DNA of 62,965 nt from Candidatus Altiarchaeota archaeon (GCA_043813075.1 JBDRLL010000019.1:1-62965), one strand, 5' to 3'. Counted from the stretch's first letter, positions 1-10,485 are shown. Program-made: numbers and translations. The notes: generated from the sequence alone by a model not told the origin.

Positions 1-700
1 CTAGAGAAAGCGGAACCTGGGTGGGAAACACCACGACACCCTTATCTGTTATGTCCATCGGCCGTATATCAGGGTTTATCCTGGTGCCCCTCATCTTAAC
101 AACCCTGAAGCATCTTTCATTGCGCTCCCTGTGCCGGTTCCAGAAGAGTTGTATGAGCCCGTCGGCGAGGAAGTGCTCGTCCTGGAATACTATGTCGTGC
201 CCCCCCTCATGCTGTTCTGACGTGAATAATGCAGTGCAGCCGGTGTCCTTGACTTCCTTTATGAAGTTGAGGAAGTTTATCCTCTGGGTCACAGTGTCCT
301 TGAACATGTATTTGAAGAACGTGAGGGAGTCCAGGACCAGCCGCCTGGCACCTATCCTGCTTATAGCCTCGCCTAGGGTGTCCCGGGGCTCGGCGGACAG
401 GTCGTAGCCGTGGTTGGACTGTGAGAGTATTATCAGTTTGCCATCATCCTCGTATTTGGAGAGGTCCCAACCGAAGACGCGGGCATGGCTTTTGACGACA
501 TCAGAGGGGTCTTCAACAGTCAGGTAGACTGCTGGGTCACCGTACTCTTCAAGCCCCTTATAGACGAACTGCATCGCGAAATTGGTCTTGCCTATGCCAG
601 GAGGGCCGGAGACTATTGTGACTGTGTTTTCAGGAAGGCCGCCGAAAGTCATCTCGTCGACGCCGGGTATGCCCGTCTTGAGCCTGCCGTTTGGAACCAT
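1..700 (-). CDS. KaiC/RAD55-like RecA-superfamily ATPase (3' end runs off window)
   Basis: Not in the ORF track because it has no stop in the window. Read by hand from ATG at 700: MVPNGRLKTGIPGVDEMTFGGLPENTVTIVSGPPGIGKTNFAMQF (Walker A GPPGIGKT) ... MDITDKGVVVFP, typical of single-domain KaiC-like ATPases. Confidence 0.88.
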   Translation of the reverse strand, partial: MVPNGRLKTGIPGVDEMTFGGLPENTVTIVSGPPGIGKTNFAMQFVYKGLEEYGDPAVYLTVEDPSDVVKSHARVFGWDLSKYEDDGKLIILSQSNHGYDLSAEPRDTLGEAISRIGARRLVLDSLTFFKYMFKDTVTQRINFLNFIKEVKDTGCTALFTSEQHEGGHDIVFQDEHFLADGLIQLFWNRHRERNERCFRVVKMRGTRINPDIRPMDITDKGVVVFPTQVPLSL

Positions 701-737
701 AGGGTATAGTATTGGATGTTGCTGATAAAAAAGTTTT

Positions 738-1766
738 TTATATCGGGCGGAGTATCCGCCTGGTCTTCCGCATTATCGCGTCGCCTAGGAGGGGGTCTTT
801 CTTTGACACATAGTTTGCTATCTGCGTGGCAGTCCATTCTGTCTGGCTTGACTTTATCCTGGCGTCCAGGTGTGCTATGTACAGGGGTATAGGATACCCG
901 TATCCCTTACTGCCCTTTGATAGCGTTGCGATGAGCCTGATGCAGTAGTCGAAGTCCTGCTCCCAATCGGGCGCGTCGATGCGCATGGGGTTCGCTATCT
1001 CAGTGGGTTGTATGTAGGCTGTCGGGAAGGTGGCTGTGAGGGTTGACGTGATGCGGTCGTCGGCCTCGAACCTGCTTTTTGGCGTGAATTGTATGGTCCT
1101 CGCCATCTTGTTGCCGGATAGTATGCGGAGTATTGTCGAGTCGGTCATGTAGTCCGGGAATGTTATCCCGTATCTTGAGGACAGGTAGTTGAGCATCAGC
1201 TTGCTTTTGCTGTCCTCTGAGACTCCGATAAGGTGTATGTCGTTGTCTTTGCAGTACTTCAGAAGGCGGACGAACTTCTTCCTGTAGACCATGTATTCCC
1301 CGCATTTCACAGGCTGCCTCCTAGCCTTCACATACAGCGACCCGTCGAGGAACACATATTCCGGCCGGTGTTTTTTAGCGCACTGGAGTGCGACATCGAA
1401 TTCCATGCCCTCCCGGAGGAGTTCAACACGGTCCTTCAGGTTCTCGTCGTAGTCTATCATGTTCAAGTCAAGGTCGCGTTCGAAGAGTTCACCCTCGTCT
1501 GAGCCGTTGTTTGTGGTGAGCAAGAGCCCGGAAGCGCGTATGAAGTATATGCCAACGCCCATCAGCTCGCGTATGCCTTCGCCGCCGTCTATGAACGCCA
1601 TCCGATGCTTTTTATCCTCGTCAGCATAGTCCAGCCTGCAGAATAAGTCCTCCTCAGGTATCTTCATGCGTATCTCGGAGACCTTGCCGCGCAGCTCGTC
1701 GAATTTGTCGGTTATCTGCTTACGCCTCAGTGAATACTTGTCCATCCAGAGGCTATAGTGGCGCAT
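738..1766 (-). CDS. nurA: NurA-family nuclease
   Basis: Motifs AFIDGG, VFLDGSL, GVSEDS, RID, GYPIPLYIAH. Confidence 0.85.
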   Translation of the reverse strand: MRHYSLWMDKYSLRRKQITDKFDELRGKVSEIRMKIPEEDLFCRLDYADEDKKHRMAFIDGGEGIRELMGVGIYFIRASGLLLTTNNGSDEGELFERDLDLNMIDYDENLKDRVELLREGMEFDVALQCAKKHRPEYVFLDGSLYVKARRQPVKCGEYMVYRKKFVRLLKYCKDNDIHLIGVSEDSKSKLMLNYLSSRYGITFPDYMTDSTILRILSGNKMARTIQFTPKSRFEADDRITSTLTATFPTAYIQPTEIANPMRIDAPDWEQDFDYCIRLIATLSKGSKGYGYPIPLYIAHLDARIKSSQTEWTATQIANYVSKKDPLLGDAIMRKTRRILRPI

Positions 1767-1821
1767 ATGGTACTAGTATGGGATTACGTGTTTTTAGAGT
1801 AGAGCATGCAGTGGAAAAGTA

Positions 1822-2970
1822 TTATAATCCTTCAGTGGTCTTGTCCAACAGTGCCCTGACCTCAGACTCGAGCTTCGCAGGCAGGCCCATCAACTCCACG
1901 TCCAGGAAGCCGCGGACTATCACGGACGTCGCCTCATCCATGCTGAGGCCCCTGCTCATCAGGTAGTTTATCTCCTTGTCGTCTATACGCCCTACAGCAG
2001 CCTCATGGGAGAGTTCCACGTTCTTCATACTGCCCACAAGCTCAGGTATGGCGTGGATTGTCGCACCATCATTCAGGAGGAGGCCCCTGCATTCCAGATG
2101 GGCTTTGACTGGTGAGGTCTCGCCAACCAGCATGCCTCTGGCTATTATCCGTGAATCGTCTTTGGCGACGGTCCGTGATATGACTTCCCCCCTGCTGCCC
2201 GCCCCGCTCAAGACTATCTTGGAGCCCACGTCCATGAGCGAGTCGCCGCTGCCGTATATTATGCTGTTAAAGCTGGCCCTCGAGTTCCTTCCACTGCAGA
2301 ATGCCGCGGGGTACATCTGCAGGTCCTTCACGGGGTTTAGGAGTATGTAGTTGGATATGAACGACGCGTTATCACCCACTACTGCAGCACTCCTGGGCCT
2401 TACGACAGTCTTCTCAGCCCAGTTGTGTATCATCGTGAAGTGGAGTGTCGCACCGTCCTTCACGTAGAATTCCGAAACGCCGACATGCTGGCCGCTCTTC
2501 ACGTCCGGGTGTAGGGAGCATCCGGTGAGTATCCTGGCTTCAGATCCCTCCTCCGCGATTATTATGTTGTGAACCCTCTGCTCGACATTGTCCTGGCTGA
2601 TCATGAGGCAGGACTGTATGGGGAAAGTCACTTTCGCGCCAGGTAGTATGCGCATGAAGTAGCCGCCGCTGGGATTTTGAGCGGCCCTTGTGTATTCGTC
2701 CTTGTCCTTGTCGACTATGCCCCACCGGTATTCGCTAAGCCACTCGTACTTCTCCAATGCCTCGAGCGTGTCCATAAGCTCGACCTGGCCCTTGAAGAGT
2801 TCATTGACCTTTTCCACCACCGTCGAGTGGTCTATGTGCATGTATGACGCTGACCTCTCCTTCTCGCCCGCGTCCATGCCCGCCTTCGCAGCTGCCTCGA
2901 GTATCTCGTGAGGCATGCTTGAGAGCTCGCTTACCCTCCCCCATGTTTTTCCGGATTTCTTCTCTGGCAT
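1822..2970 (-). CDS. sufB: Fe-S cluster assembly protein SufB/SmsB (SufBD family)
   Basis: QRVHNIIIAEEGS, HxGVSEFYV, HLECRGLLL, LSHEAAVGRI, IVRGFL. Start placed at ATG 2970 (2916 also possible); the ORF-track start overlaps sufC heavily. Confidence 0.9.
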   Translation of the reverse strand: MPEKKSGKTWGRVSELSSMPHEILEAAAKAGMDAGEKERSASYMHIDHSTVVEKVNELFKGQVELMDTLEALEKYEWLSEYRWGIVDKDKDEYTRAAQNPSGGYFMRILPGAKVTFPIQSCLMISQDNVEQRVHNIIIAEEGSEARILTGCSLHPDVKSGQHVGVSEFYVKDGATLHFTMIHNWAEKTVVRPRSAAVVGDNASFISNYILLNPVKDLQMYPAAFCSGRNSRASFNSIIYGSGDSLMDVGSKIVLSGAGSRGEVISRTVAKDDSRIIARGMLVGETSPVKAHLECRGLLLNDGATIHAIPELVGSMKNVELSHEAAVGRIDDKEINYLMSRGLSMDEATSVIVRGFLDVELMGLPAKLESEVRALLDKTTEGL

Positions 2971-3695
2971 TCGATGCACCCGCTGTATCCCTTCTCTTTT
3001 ATCTCCTTGAATATCAAGTCTGGCTTGGTGTAGCAGTAGACTGTGCCTTCCATCATGACGCACGCGTTCTCTGCCTTAATGTAGTCGAGTATGTAGCCGT
3101 TGTGCGTTATTATCAGTGCTGAAGCGTTGTTCTCATCGAGATAGCGCTGTATCTCGCCTGCTATGAGCCCCAGGCTTTCGACGTCCACTCCGGAGTCAGG
3201 CTCGTCAAGCAATAGTAGTCTGGGCTTCATCAGCAGGAGCTGAAGGACTTCAGCGCGCTTCCTCTCGCCGCCAGAGAATCCCACATTAACGTCCCGGTCC
3301 AGGTACTCCAGCATATCAAGCTCCTCCACCAGCTTCATCGCCCCATCACTCAATTCACCGTCTTGCCGTGTTCCCTCGCAGACCTTGAGCATGTCCCTCA
3401 GCTTGACGCCCAAGACTTCAGGCGGCTGCTGGAAGCCGAAACCTATGCCGAGCTTAGCCCTCTCATCGACGCCCAAATCAGTTACGTCCATGTTGTCGAA
3501 TATTATACGGCCCCCAGACACCTTGTAGTGGGGTATCCCGATTATCGAGTTGAGGAGGGTGCTCTTTCCGGAGCCGTTAGGGCCGAATAAAAGACTCGAC
3601 TCTCCTGAAGCCACGTTGAGATTCAAATCGTGTATTATCCTCTTGCCCTCGACCTCCACCGAGAGGTTGCGGACTTCAAGTATGTTCATTGACAT
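2931..3695 (-). CDS. sufC: Fe-S cluster assembly ABC ATPase SufC/SmsC
   Basis: GPNGSGKST, NVGFSGGERKR, LDEPDSGVD, C-terminal C-x18-CxxC; adjacent to sufB. Confidence 0.92.
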   Translation of the reverse strand: MSMNILEVRNLSVEVEGKRIIHDLNLNVASGESSLLFGPNGSGKSTLLNSIIGIPHYKVSGGRIIFDNMDVTDLGVDERAKLGIGFGFQQPPEVLGVKLRDMLKVCEGTRQDGELSDGAMKLVEELDMLEYLDRDVNVGFSGGERKRAEVLQLLLMKPRLLLLDEPDSGVDVESLGLIAGEIQRYLDENNASALIITHNGYILDYIKAENACVMMEGTVYCYTKPDLIFKEIKEKGYSGCIECQRRNPEKHGGG

Positions 3696-3720
3696 GAGAT
3701 ACCACTTGCCTGCTATTAAG

Positions 3721-5748
3721 TTATTTCTTCTTGTCTTTCCGCGTCTCGCATTCAGGGTTGACGCAGAACCTCCACGGCCTCTTCCCCTTGGAGTACACTG
3801 TTATTATGGAGTACTCGCACTTCTTGCAGGTGCCGGTCTTCTTTAGCGTTCCCTTCGGGAGTGGCAGTGTGAACGTGCATTCCGGATAGTTTCCGCATCC
3901 TATGAAGTGGCCTCCGAACTTGCTTGCCCTCATCACCAGGTCGCCATCGCATTTCAGGCATTTACCCAGGCTGTTAGCCTTACGGTTTGCAGCTGCAATT
4001 GATTTGCCGAGAGCGTTGCCTATCTGCAGCTCGTTCTTCTTGAATCCTTCGGAGATGCGTTCAATAGCCTTCCTTCCCTCTTCAACCACTTTTTCCGACG
4101 TCGACTTCCCCTCCTGTATGAACTCCATCTCCTCCTCGAACTTGCGGGTCAGTGACTCGCTGAGGACTTCAGGACAGTACTTGTCCAGGGTGTCCACGAC
4201 ATTCAAGCCCAGTGACGTGACTTCTATTGTCTTACCGTCAACATAACCCCTCTTGAATAGTATGTCGACTATCTGGGAGCGAGTAGCCTTGGTGCCTATG
4301 TTACGCTTCTCCATCTCCCGTATGATGGATGCTGGAGTGTACCTTTTCGGTGGCTGCGTCTGCTTCTCATGGACGTTCATCTTCCTAACGTCAACCACAT
4401 CCTTGACCTTCATTACCGGAAGCTCAGTCTCCTCGAACTTCGCGTATGGGCCGTAGTACACGTGCCATCCCTTCTCCACTGTGCTCGCTCCCTTGGCGTT
4501 GAATGTCTCCCCGTTGTTGTCCAGGGAAACGTTCATCGTCTGCCTTGTGGCGTGCTCTCCGAAGGTTGCTAGGAACCTTCGCACAACAAGGTCGTATATC
4601 TTCTTCTCCTGCCCTTCGAGCCTGCCCGGAAACTCGCCTGTCGGGTGGATTGCCGGGTGGGCTGGATCCTTCTTCTTGCCGTTCGCAGGCTTGAGAGACT
4701 TCATGTCTAGCAGCGACTTGCACAGTCCCTCGTACTCTGTCTGACGCCTTATGTTCTCGATTATCTTCCGGCAGTCTATGTCCGCTGGAATCTGCTGGCT
4801 TGAAGTCCTCGGGTAGCTGATCAACGCATTGGTATATAGGTTCTGCGCTATCTCCAGCGTCCTCCGGGGGTCTATGCCGTGATGCTTGTAGGCTTCCGTC
4901 TGGAGGGTTGTGAGGTCAAATGGGTGCGGTGGAGGCTGCTTGAACTTCCTGGAGTTCACGTCCTTGACGACCGCCTTTGGCCCGCACCTCGCCTTTACAG
5001 ACTCAGCATCATCCAGGGAACCGAACTTCTCCTTCTCGTGGAGTGCGGTGAACGCCTGCCTGTCCTTCTCGCACTGCATCTCAACCTGCCAGTACGTCTC
5101 GGGCTTGAACGCCTTGATGGACTTCTCCCGTGTGGCGAGTATCTTTAGTGTAGGGCCCTGAACGCGACCTATGCTCAGGGTAACATACTTCCTCGCCTTG
5201 CGGGCTGAATTGCTGAGCGCCCTGGATAGGTTTATGCCCCAATACCAGTCCAGTATGTGCCTTGTTATGCCTGCCTCAGCCATGCCCTTGTCAATCTTGT
5301 CCAGGTTCTTGAACGCCTTGACTATGGACTCTTTCGTGAGCGTGGAATACTTCATGCGCTTCACATTACCGGTGTATGGGTCGACACGGCATGCGTGCTT
5401 GAGGACGTTGTATCCTATAACCTCCCCCTCGATGTCGTAGTCGCATGCGTTTATGAACAGGTCGCACTTGCTGGACAGGCTCTCGATGTTCTCCAAGTAC
5501 TTTCGGGTGAAGTCTGACGCCTTGCCCAGCGTGTACGAAGGCACCCAACCTATGTCGAAAACCGGATATACCCATCCCTTGAAGTTGTTCTCCTTCAGGC
5601 CGTAAAGGTGGCCTACAGCCGGGACGACGTATATCCCATTTACAACATAGTAGCGTACTCCATCCTTCATCTTCTTGGTGGCATCGCCGATGGAGTTGGC
5701 TATCCTCTCCGCAACATTCGGTTTTTCGGTTACAATCAGAGTGGACAT
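3721..5748 (-). CDS. topA: DNA topoisomerase I (type IA)
   Basis: TEKP TOPRIM start, DYDIEGE, SIGRVQ, catalytic ISYPRT, C-terminal Zn ribbons. Confidence 0.96.
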   Translation of the reverse strand: MSTLIVTEKPNVAERIANSIGDATKKMKDGVRYYVVNGIYVVPAVGHLYGLKENNFKGWVYPVFDIGWVPSYTLGKASDFTRKYLENIESLSSKCDLFINACDYDIEGEVIGYNVLKHACRVDPYTGNVKRMKYSTLTKESIVKAFKNLDKIDKGMAEAGITRHILDWYWGINLSRALSNSARKARKYVTLSIGRVQGPTLKILATREKSIKAFKPETYWQVEMQCEKDRQAFTALHEKEKFGSLDDAESVKARCGPKAVVKDVNSRKFKQPPPHPFDLTTLQTEAYKHHGIDPRRTLEIAQNLYTNALISYPRTSSQQIPADIDCRKIIENIRRQTEYEGLCKSLLDMKSLKPANGKKKDPAHPAIHPTGEFPGRLEGQEKKIYDLVVRRFLATFGEHATRQTMNVSLDNNGETFNAKGASTVEKGWHVYYGPYAKFEETELPVMKVKDVVDVRKMNVHEKQTQPPKRYTPASIIREMEKRNIGTKATRSQIVDILFKRGYVDGKTIEVTSLGLNVVDTLDKYCPEVLSESLTRKFEEEMEFIQEGKSTSEKVVEEGRKAIERISEGFKKNELQIGNALGKSIAAANRKANSLGKCLKCDGDLVMRASKFGGHFIGCGNYPECTFTLPLPKGTLKKTGTCKKCEYSIITVYSKGKRPWRFCVNPECETRKDKKK

Positions 5749-5785
5749 GTCTTAAAGTTTATGCACTAGGATAATTTAAAACGAA

Positions 5786-7597
5786 TCAGCGGCCACCAAG
5801 GTAAACTAGTATAATATAAGTTAAGAGTGAGCCGACTAGTGCTAGTATGATGTCGGGGGCTCTGACGACAAACAGGTCTGAGTAGGATTGGGAAATCCCT
5901 GACTCGCACTTCCTGCCCAAATCCACCTTGTTCATCCTCATGACTGTTGCTATGACTTCTGCGGCAGGCTGGCTTCTCCCGCAGATGCTGTCGTATATCT
6001 GGGAGTAATGCTTTGCCATCCCTATTGCCATGTCAACGCACTTATGCATGTCGTTCATTATCAGCGTATGGTGCTTTCTCCCGCTCCCGAAGTAATGGAA
6101 GTCAGGGACGCTGACCTCACAGTACGTGTTCAATACTTCACGGGGTATTGTGCTGAGTATGCGGGGGACTATCACCATCGTGGATGGTGGGCCGTACATT
6201 ATCAGACTGTATTTCCCGGCGAGTATCTCGGAGCGTATCTCCTTCTCCGCGTCTGTCAGCTCCAGGTCAAGCGGGTTGGGGTTGACGGCAGTCCTTAGCA
6301 GCAGGGAGACTCTGGGCGCCCAGACCATGTCAGGGAGTGGGAGGTGGTCTTTCCCAGGCAGCAGGAACCTTACCCTGGATTCGTCTATCGTAGTGTTGAA
6401 TTCAGTGAACACGTCCATCGTATCCTCCGACGTCTCATACAGCACCCACCCGTCCTGGGGCGGTAGGAGCGCCATCCCGGACTTGACGTCATGCCTTAGC
6501 ATGCTTATGTCCCGCACTAGCACGGAGTCCCGGACCTCCGACAGTGGAGAGTACACTATAGAGGGGAATACGAAGCCTATGAAGAGGAGTATCGAGAATA
6601 GCCTGAGCGACTTTTCCCTCAGCTGGATTGCGGCGAAAATGAGGAAGGGGTATGAGGGGAGAGCGTAGTAGAACGGCAGGTTATAGTCCCCCCGGTGGTG
6701 CGCCATCGAGAACGCCACCAGTTGGATGGTCAACGCGGTTATCGGATAGACTATCCTGCCGTCGTATAAGCGTAGGACTATCCCCGCCAAGAGCACCAAC
6801 GTCACGGCAAACAGCGCCAGCCCGTGTATGTTGTCGGTGGAGAGTATGACCACCAGCGCATCAGCGTATGATGCCTGCGGGAGTATTATCTGGGATATCA
6901 GCGTGTAGCCGAGGAAGTTCGGGTGCAGGAACGTGAATGCCGTGAATAGCATGAGGGTTGGCAGTGCAAGCAGAATCGTGCCCTCCACCGCCTTCAGACC
7001 CAGAATGATTTTCCGGTCATGGTAGACGAGATTTCGCACGTGGATTAGTGATATTACTGCTATGGTGAAGAGCGATGAATACTTGAAGAACACGGCGAGG
7101 GAAAAACAGACTCCCGCATACAACCCCCCACCCCTAGGCTTCATGTGGAACAGCAGGTGGAAGCCGGCCAGCGTGAATACAGTGGAGAACAATACGGCGG
7201 GATTGTTGACTGAAGGGGGGACTATCAGGAGGATGAAGCATACGGCCAGCAGGAAGTCATGAGAAACACCTTCATGACGGAGAACTCTGCGCATTATATG
7301 GGCTAGTACAATCCAGAGTACCATCACCGTCGCATGAACGATGTAGTCCAACATGCCCATGCCAAAGAGCCTGTAGATGAGGAGGCCGTAGTAGAATATC
7401 AGCGGTGATTGCGCGCAGTAGGGCTGGCCGCCGTATAGCACGCCCTGCTCCAGATACATTATGCAGGGATACCATCCTCCCCCGAAGTTGATGAAGCCGA
7501 ATGGAAAGAAGCGGTAGAATACGGTGAAGAGCAGCAGGATCAATGCTATTTCAAGGGCTTTGAGACTGGACTTGACCCTAATCCTCTTTTTTACCAT
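5786..7597 (-). CDS. Multi-pass membrane protein, GT-C fold glycosyltransferase-like
   Basis: About 11 hydrophobic segments, QSPL motif after first loop, LAVFFKY motif typical of GT-C/ArnT-like proteins, soluble C-terminal domain and final TM. Confidence 0.5.
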   Translation of the reverse strand: MVKKRIRVKSSLKALEIALILLLFTVFYRFFPFGFINFGGGWYPCIMYLEQGVLYGGQPYCAQSPLIFYYGLLIYRLFGMGMLDYIVHATVMVLWIVLAHIMRRVLRHEGVSHDFLLAVCFILLIVPPSVNNPAVLFSTVFTLAGFHLLFHMKPRGGGLYAGVCFSLAVFFKYSSLFTIAVISLIHVRNLVYHDRKIILGLKAVEGTILLALPTLMLFTAFTFLHPNFLGYTLISQIILPQASYADALVVILSTDNIHGLALFAVTLVLLAGIVLRLYDGRIVYPITALTIQLVAFSMAHHRGDYNLPFYYALPSYPFLIFAAIQLREKSLRLFSILLFIGFVFPSIVYSPLSEVRDSVLVRDISMLRHDVKSGMALLPPQDGWVLYETSEDTMDVFTEFNTTIDESRVRFLLPGKDHLPLPDMVWAPRVSLLLRTAVNPNPLDLELTDAEKEIRSEILAGKYSLIMYGPPSTMVIVPRILSTIPREVLNTYCEVSVPDFHYFGSGRKHHTLIMNDMHKCVDMAIGMAKHYSQIYDSICGRSQPAAEVIATVMRMNKVDLGRKCESGISQSYSDLFVVRAPDIILALVGSLLTYIILVYLGGR

Positions 7598-7641
7598 TAT
7601 AGGAATTATTTTAACCAGGAGTTATAATAAGTTTCCTTAGG

Positions 7642-8130
7642 ATGAAGATCGAGGTAAGGTTAGGGCTTAAGGATGTCCCCGGAATGCTCGTGAAGGCGTT
7701 GGAGCCGATTTCAGACAAGGGGGGGAACATCAGTAGCGTGGTGCATTCGAGGGGTGCGAAGGATGTTGTGGACGTGATAGTCGTCTTCAAGGTGAAGGAC
7801 GAGTCCACCCTGAACAGGATAATATCAGCGCTCAAGAAGGAGAAGGTCAGCATTAGGGAAGTGAAGGTGGAGGGCAGGAAGTACTACAAGAAGAAGAGCC
7901 TGTCGATAATACTCATAGGCCATGTTATAGACAACGACATCCAGGAGACGATAGACAGGTTCAATGCTGTGGGAAGGGTGTCTGACGTGGACGTCAAGAT
8001 GTCAGACCCGGATGCCGAGTCTTCAGTGCTGATGAAGATAGAGTATGAGGACAAGAAGGAGAAGAATCTTATGGATGAGGTGGAGAAGGTGTGTGATGAC
8101 AAGAAGCTCCTTCTCATAAGGGAGTTGTAG
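7642..8130 (+). CDS. Tandem ACT-domain protein (putative regulator of homoserine dehydrogenase)
   Basis: KDVPGML...GGNISSVVH ACT motif, IILIGHVI second domain; 1 bp upstream of hom. Confidence 0.85.
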   Translation: MKIEVRLGLKDVPGMLVKALEPISDKGGNISSVVHSRGAKDVVDVIVVFKVKDESTLNRIISALKKEKVSIREVKVEGRKYYKKKSLSIILIGHVIDNDIQETIDRFNAVGRVSDVDVKMSDPDAESSVLMKIEYEDKKEKNLMDEVEKVCDDKKLLLIREL

Positions 8131-8131
8131 C

Positions 8132-9124
8132 ATGAAGGAAGTGAGGATCATACTTGTAGGGTTCGGGGTCATAGGCAGGGGTCTCGCGGAAACACTGCTC
8201 TGCAAGAGGAGGCCTCTCGCAGAGAATGGCGTTAAAATGAAGGTTGTTGCATTATGCGAGAAAAACGGCTCTGCAGTAAACCCGGACGGGCTAGACTTGA
8301 AGAAGGCGCTGAACGATGGCGTCGAATCCCTTGCAGAGTGGGGCGGCAGGAAGACGATGAACGTCATAGAGGACGTTAACGCAGACATCGTTGTGGAGCT
8401 CACGCCAGGTAGCATAAGTGATGGAGGAGTTGGCCTGAAGCACATAAGACAGGCTTTGAAGTCCGGGAAGAGCGTCGTGACTTCAAACAAGTCCCCGCTG
8501 GTCGTGGCATACGAGGAATTGACGGATCTCGCCGGCAGGGAAGGGCTCGAGCTAAAGTTCGAGGCGACGGTCTGCGGCGCCATACCCCTGATAAGCCTGT
8601 GCAAGAATCAGCTGAAGGCGAGCGGCATCAAGAACATACACGGAGTATTCAACGGGACGACCAACTACATACTCTCCAAGATGAGCGAGGAGGGCGTCGA
8701 GTTCGAAGCGGCCCTCAAGGAGGCTCAACTACTAGGATACGCTGAGACCAACCCAGAGTATGACGTGAAGGGTATAGACACTGCCGCGAAGGTTGTGATA
8801 CTCGCCAACTCCATACTCGGCTTGAACGCGAAATACTCTGACGTCACTGTGACAGGAGTCGACAAGATAACGAGCGAGTCCATCGAGCTTGCAGACAAAC
8901 ACGGGTACGTCATAAAACTGATAGGTGACGCCGCGAAACTTGAGGTCTCGCCCATGCTCGTCCCCAAAGACCATCCGTTGAACGTGAGTGGGACATTGAA
9001 TTCCGTGCTGATAGAGACTGACACTGCCGGGGACATAACACTTGTCGGCGCGGGAGCAGGACCTCTTGAAACATCGAGCGCGATCCTGTCAGACATTCTG
9101 GAAGTGGCCGGCAGGATGGGTTAG
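8132..9124 (+). CDS. hom: Homoserine dehydrogenase
   Basis: GFGVIG, VVTSNK, FEATVCGAIP, GVFNGTTNYIL, GYAE, DTAAKVVIL, GAGAG. Confidence 0.96.
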   Translation: MKEVRIILVGFGVIGRGLAETLLCKRRPLAENGVKMKVVALCEKNGSAVNPDGLDLKKALNDGVESLAEWGGRKTMNVIEDVNADIVVELTPGSISDGGVGLKHIRQALKSGKSVVTSNKSPLVVAYEELTDLAGREGLELKFEATVCGAIPLISLCKNQLKASGIKNIHGVFNGTTNYILSKMSEEGVEFEAALKEAQLLGYAETNPEYDVKGIDTAAKVVILANSILGLNAKYSDVTVTGVDKITSESIELADKHGYVIKLIGDAAKLEVSPMLVPKDHPLNVSGTLNSVLIETDTAGDITLVGAGAGPLETSSAILSDILEVAGRMG

Positions 9125-10485
9125 GCCTTGACTACTCCTTCCTTCCTGAGGATGTCCCGGAGATTCAGGACACTGAACGCAGCCCTCGTTATGCCCATGC
9201 TCCTGGTGTCCGCGTCTGTGCCAACAAGATAAAGGCCTTCTAGGGGGGTGTTAGGCCCTGGGAACTGAGATTTCATTGTTATCGCAGCCTTCTCAGGTAT
9301 AGTCACCTGAAGGTGCTCGAACTCTATGTGGCCTTCGATGCCCGGATGGGCGGCGCATATGGAGTCCCTCAGCGCCTTCTCCTCCGTCTTCACGTCGTCG
9401 GATACTATTCCAGTGAAAGCTACGAGAGTCCTGCCCTTCGGCGCGAAGGACTTGTTGTAGCTTGTCGTAGGCATCGCCCAGAACGACTTGCCCTCCTCGA
9501 ACCATATTTCACTGCCAACGTAATCGAAGTTCTTGAAGTCCTTGCCGAGGCCGAGCCATAGCGTTATGCTCTTGGTGGGCTCGAGAGTCTTGAGTTGTTC
9601 CACGTATTCCGGAGGCAGTTCCTTTGCCATCTTGGGCATTTCACTAGCGAACCCGGAATAGACTACCCTGCTGGATAAATACTCTTTTCTGCCGGCCCTA
9701 ACCCCTTTCACAACACCATCCTCTGTGATGAATCCGTCCACATCAACCTTTGTCTTTACGTCGACCATCCCCTTGGGGAAAGAGTATGTGACAGCGTCGC
9801 TTATGCTGCCGACACCCTGCCGGGGATAGGCCTGATGGTATGCGCCATGATAAGACACTAGCTTCTTCATCTTGCTTATCTGCCCGAAGATCCTGTCGCT
9901 CAGGTATTCGCTCTCGCTTTCGCTGAAATACCTCGCGCCCTTAAGCATCCTCCATGCGGGCGTCTCACTCATTGACTTCCCGCTCATGAAGTAGGAGAGG
10001 GTGTCTATGAACTTCCACGTCTTCGATGAGAGGTTGTACTCCTTCAGGTAGTCGTAGAGGCTCATGTTCGTGTCAGCCCAGCCGAAGATCGAGTATGTGA
10101 TGGACGCTCCGAGGATTCCTGTGAGCGTCATCCTATCCTTTCTCGGCAGCACGTCGAAGTTCACCCATGATGCGACAGTCCAAGGGAAGGGGACGAGCTT
10201 CTCGCTGGTCTTCACATAGTATTCACCGTAGGGGATGAATGAGGGCAGTATGTCGAAATATTCTTCCATAAAGACGGTGAGGGGACCATCGTCTACGTGG
10301 GTTATCGCGTGCGGCCCAGTGTCGACCTTGTATCCGTCAACCTCGTAGGTCCTAGCGTTCCCTCCCACATAACCTTCACGCTCCAGGACGAGGACCTTCT
10401 TCCCCTCCTTTGACAGCATTAGCGCAGAGAGCAGCCCACTGATGCCTGCCCCAACCACTATGGCGTCGTATTCCGCTTCTACCAT
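9121..10485 (-). CDS. Phytoene desaturase (CrtI)-like FAD-dependent oxidoreductase
   Basis: DAIVVGAGISGL...ER...GG, DTGPH, GLYLVGTD. Start trimmed to ATG 10485, which overlaps the carS stop. Confidence 0.85.
   Translation of the reverse strand: MVEAEYDAIVVGAGISGLLSALMLSKEGKKVLVLEREGYVGGNARTYEVDGYKVDTGPHAITHVDDGPLTVFMEEYFDILPSFIPYGEYYVKTSEKLVPFPWTVASWVNFDVLPRKDRMTLTGILGASITYSIFGWADTNMSLYDYLKEYNLSSKTWKFIDTLSYFMSGKSMSETPAWRMLKGARYFSESESEYLSDRIFGQISKMKKLVSYHGAYHQAYPRQGVGSISDAVTYSFPKGMVDVKTKVDVDGFITEDGVVKGVRAGRKEYLSSRVVYSGFASEMPKMAKELPPEYVEQLKTLEPTKSITLWLGLGKDFKNFDYVGSEIWFEEGKSFWAMPTTSYNKSFAPKGRTLVAFTGIVSDDVKTEEKALRDSICAAHPGIEGHIEFEHLQVTIPEKAAITMKSQFPGPNTPLEGLYLVGTDADTRSMGITRAAFSVLNLRDILRKEGVVKA

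Noticed and set aside
1-700. Circadian clock KaiC
   Set aside because: Appears to be a single-domain archaeal KaiC/RAD55-like ATPase; no kaiB seen
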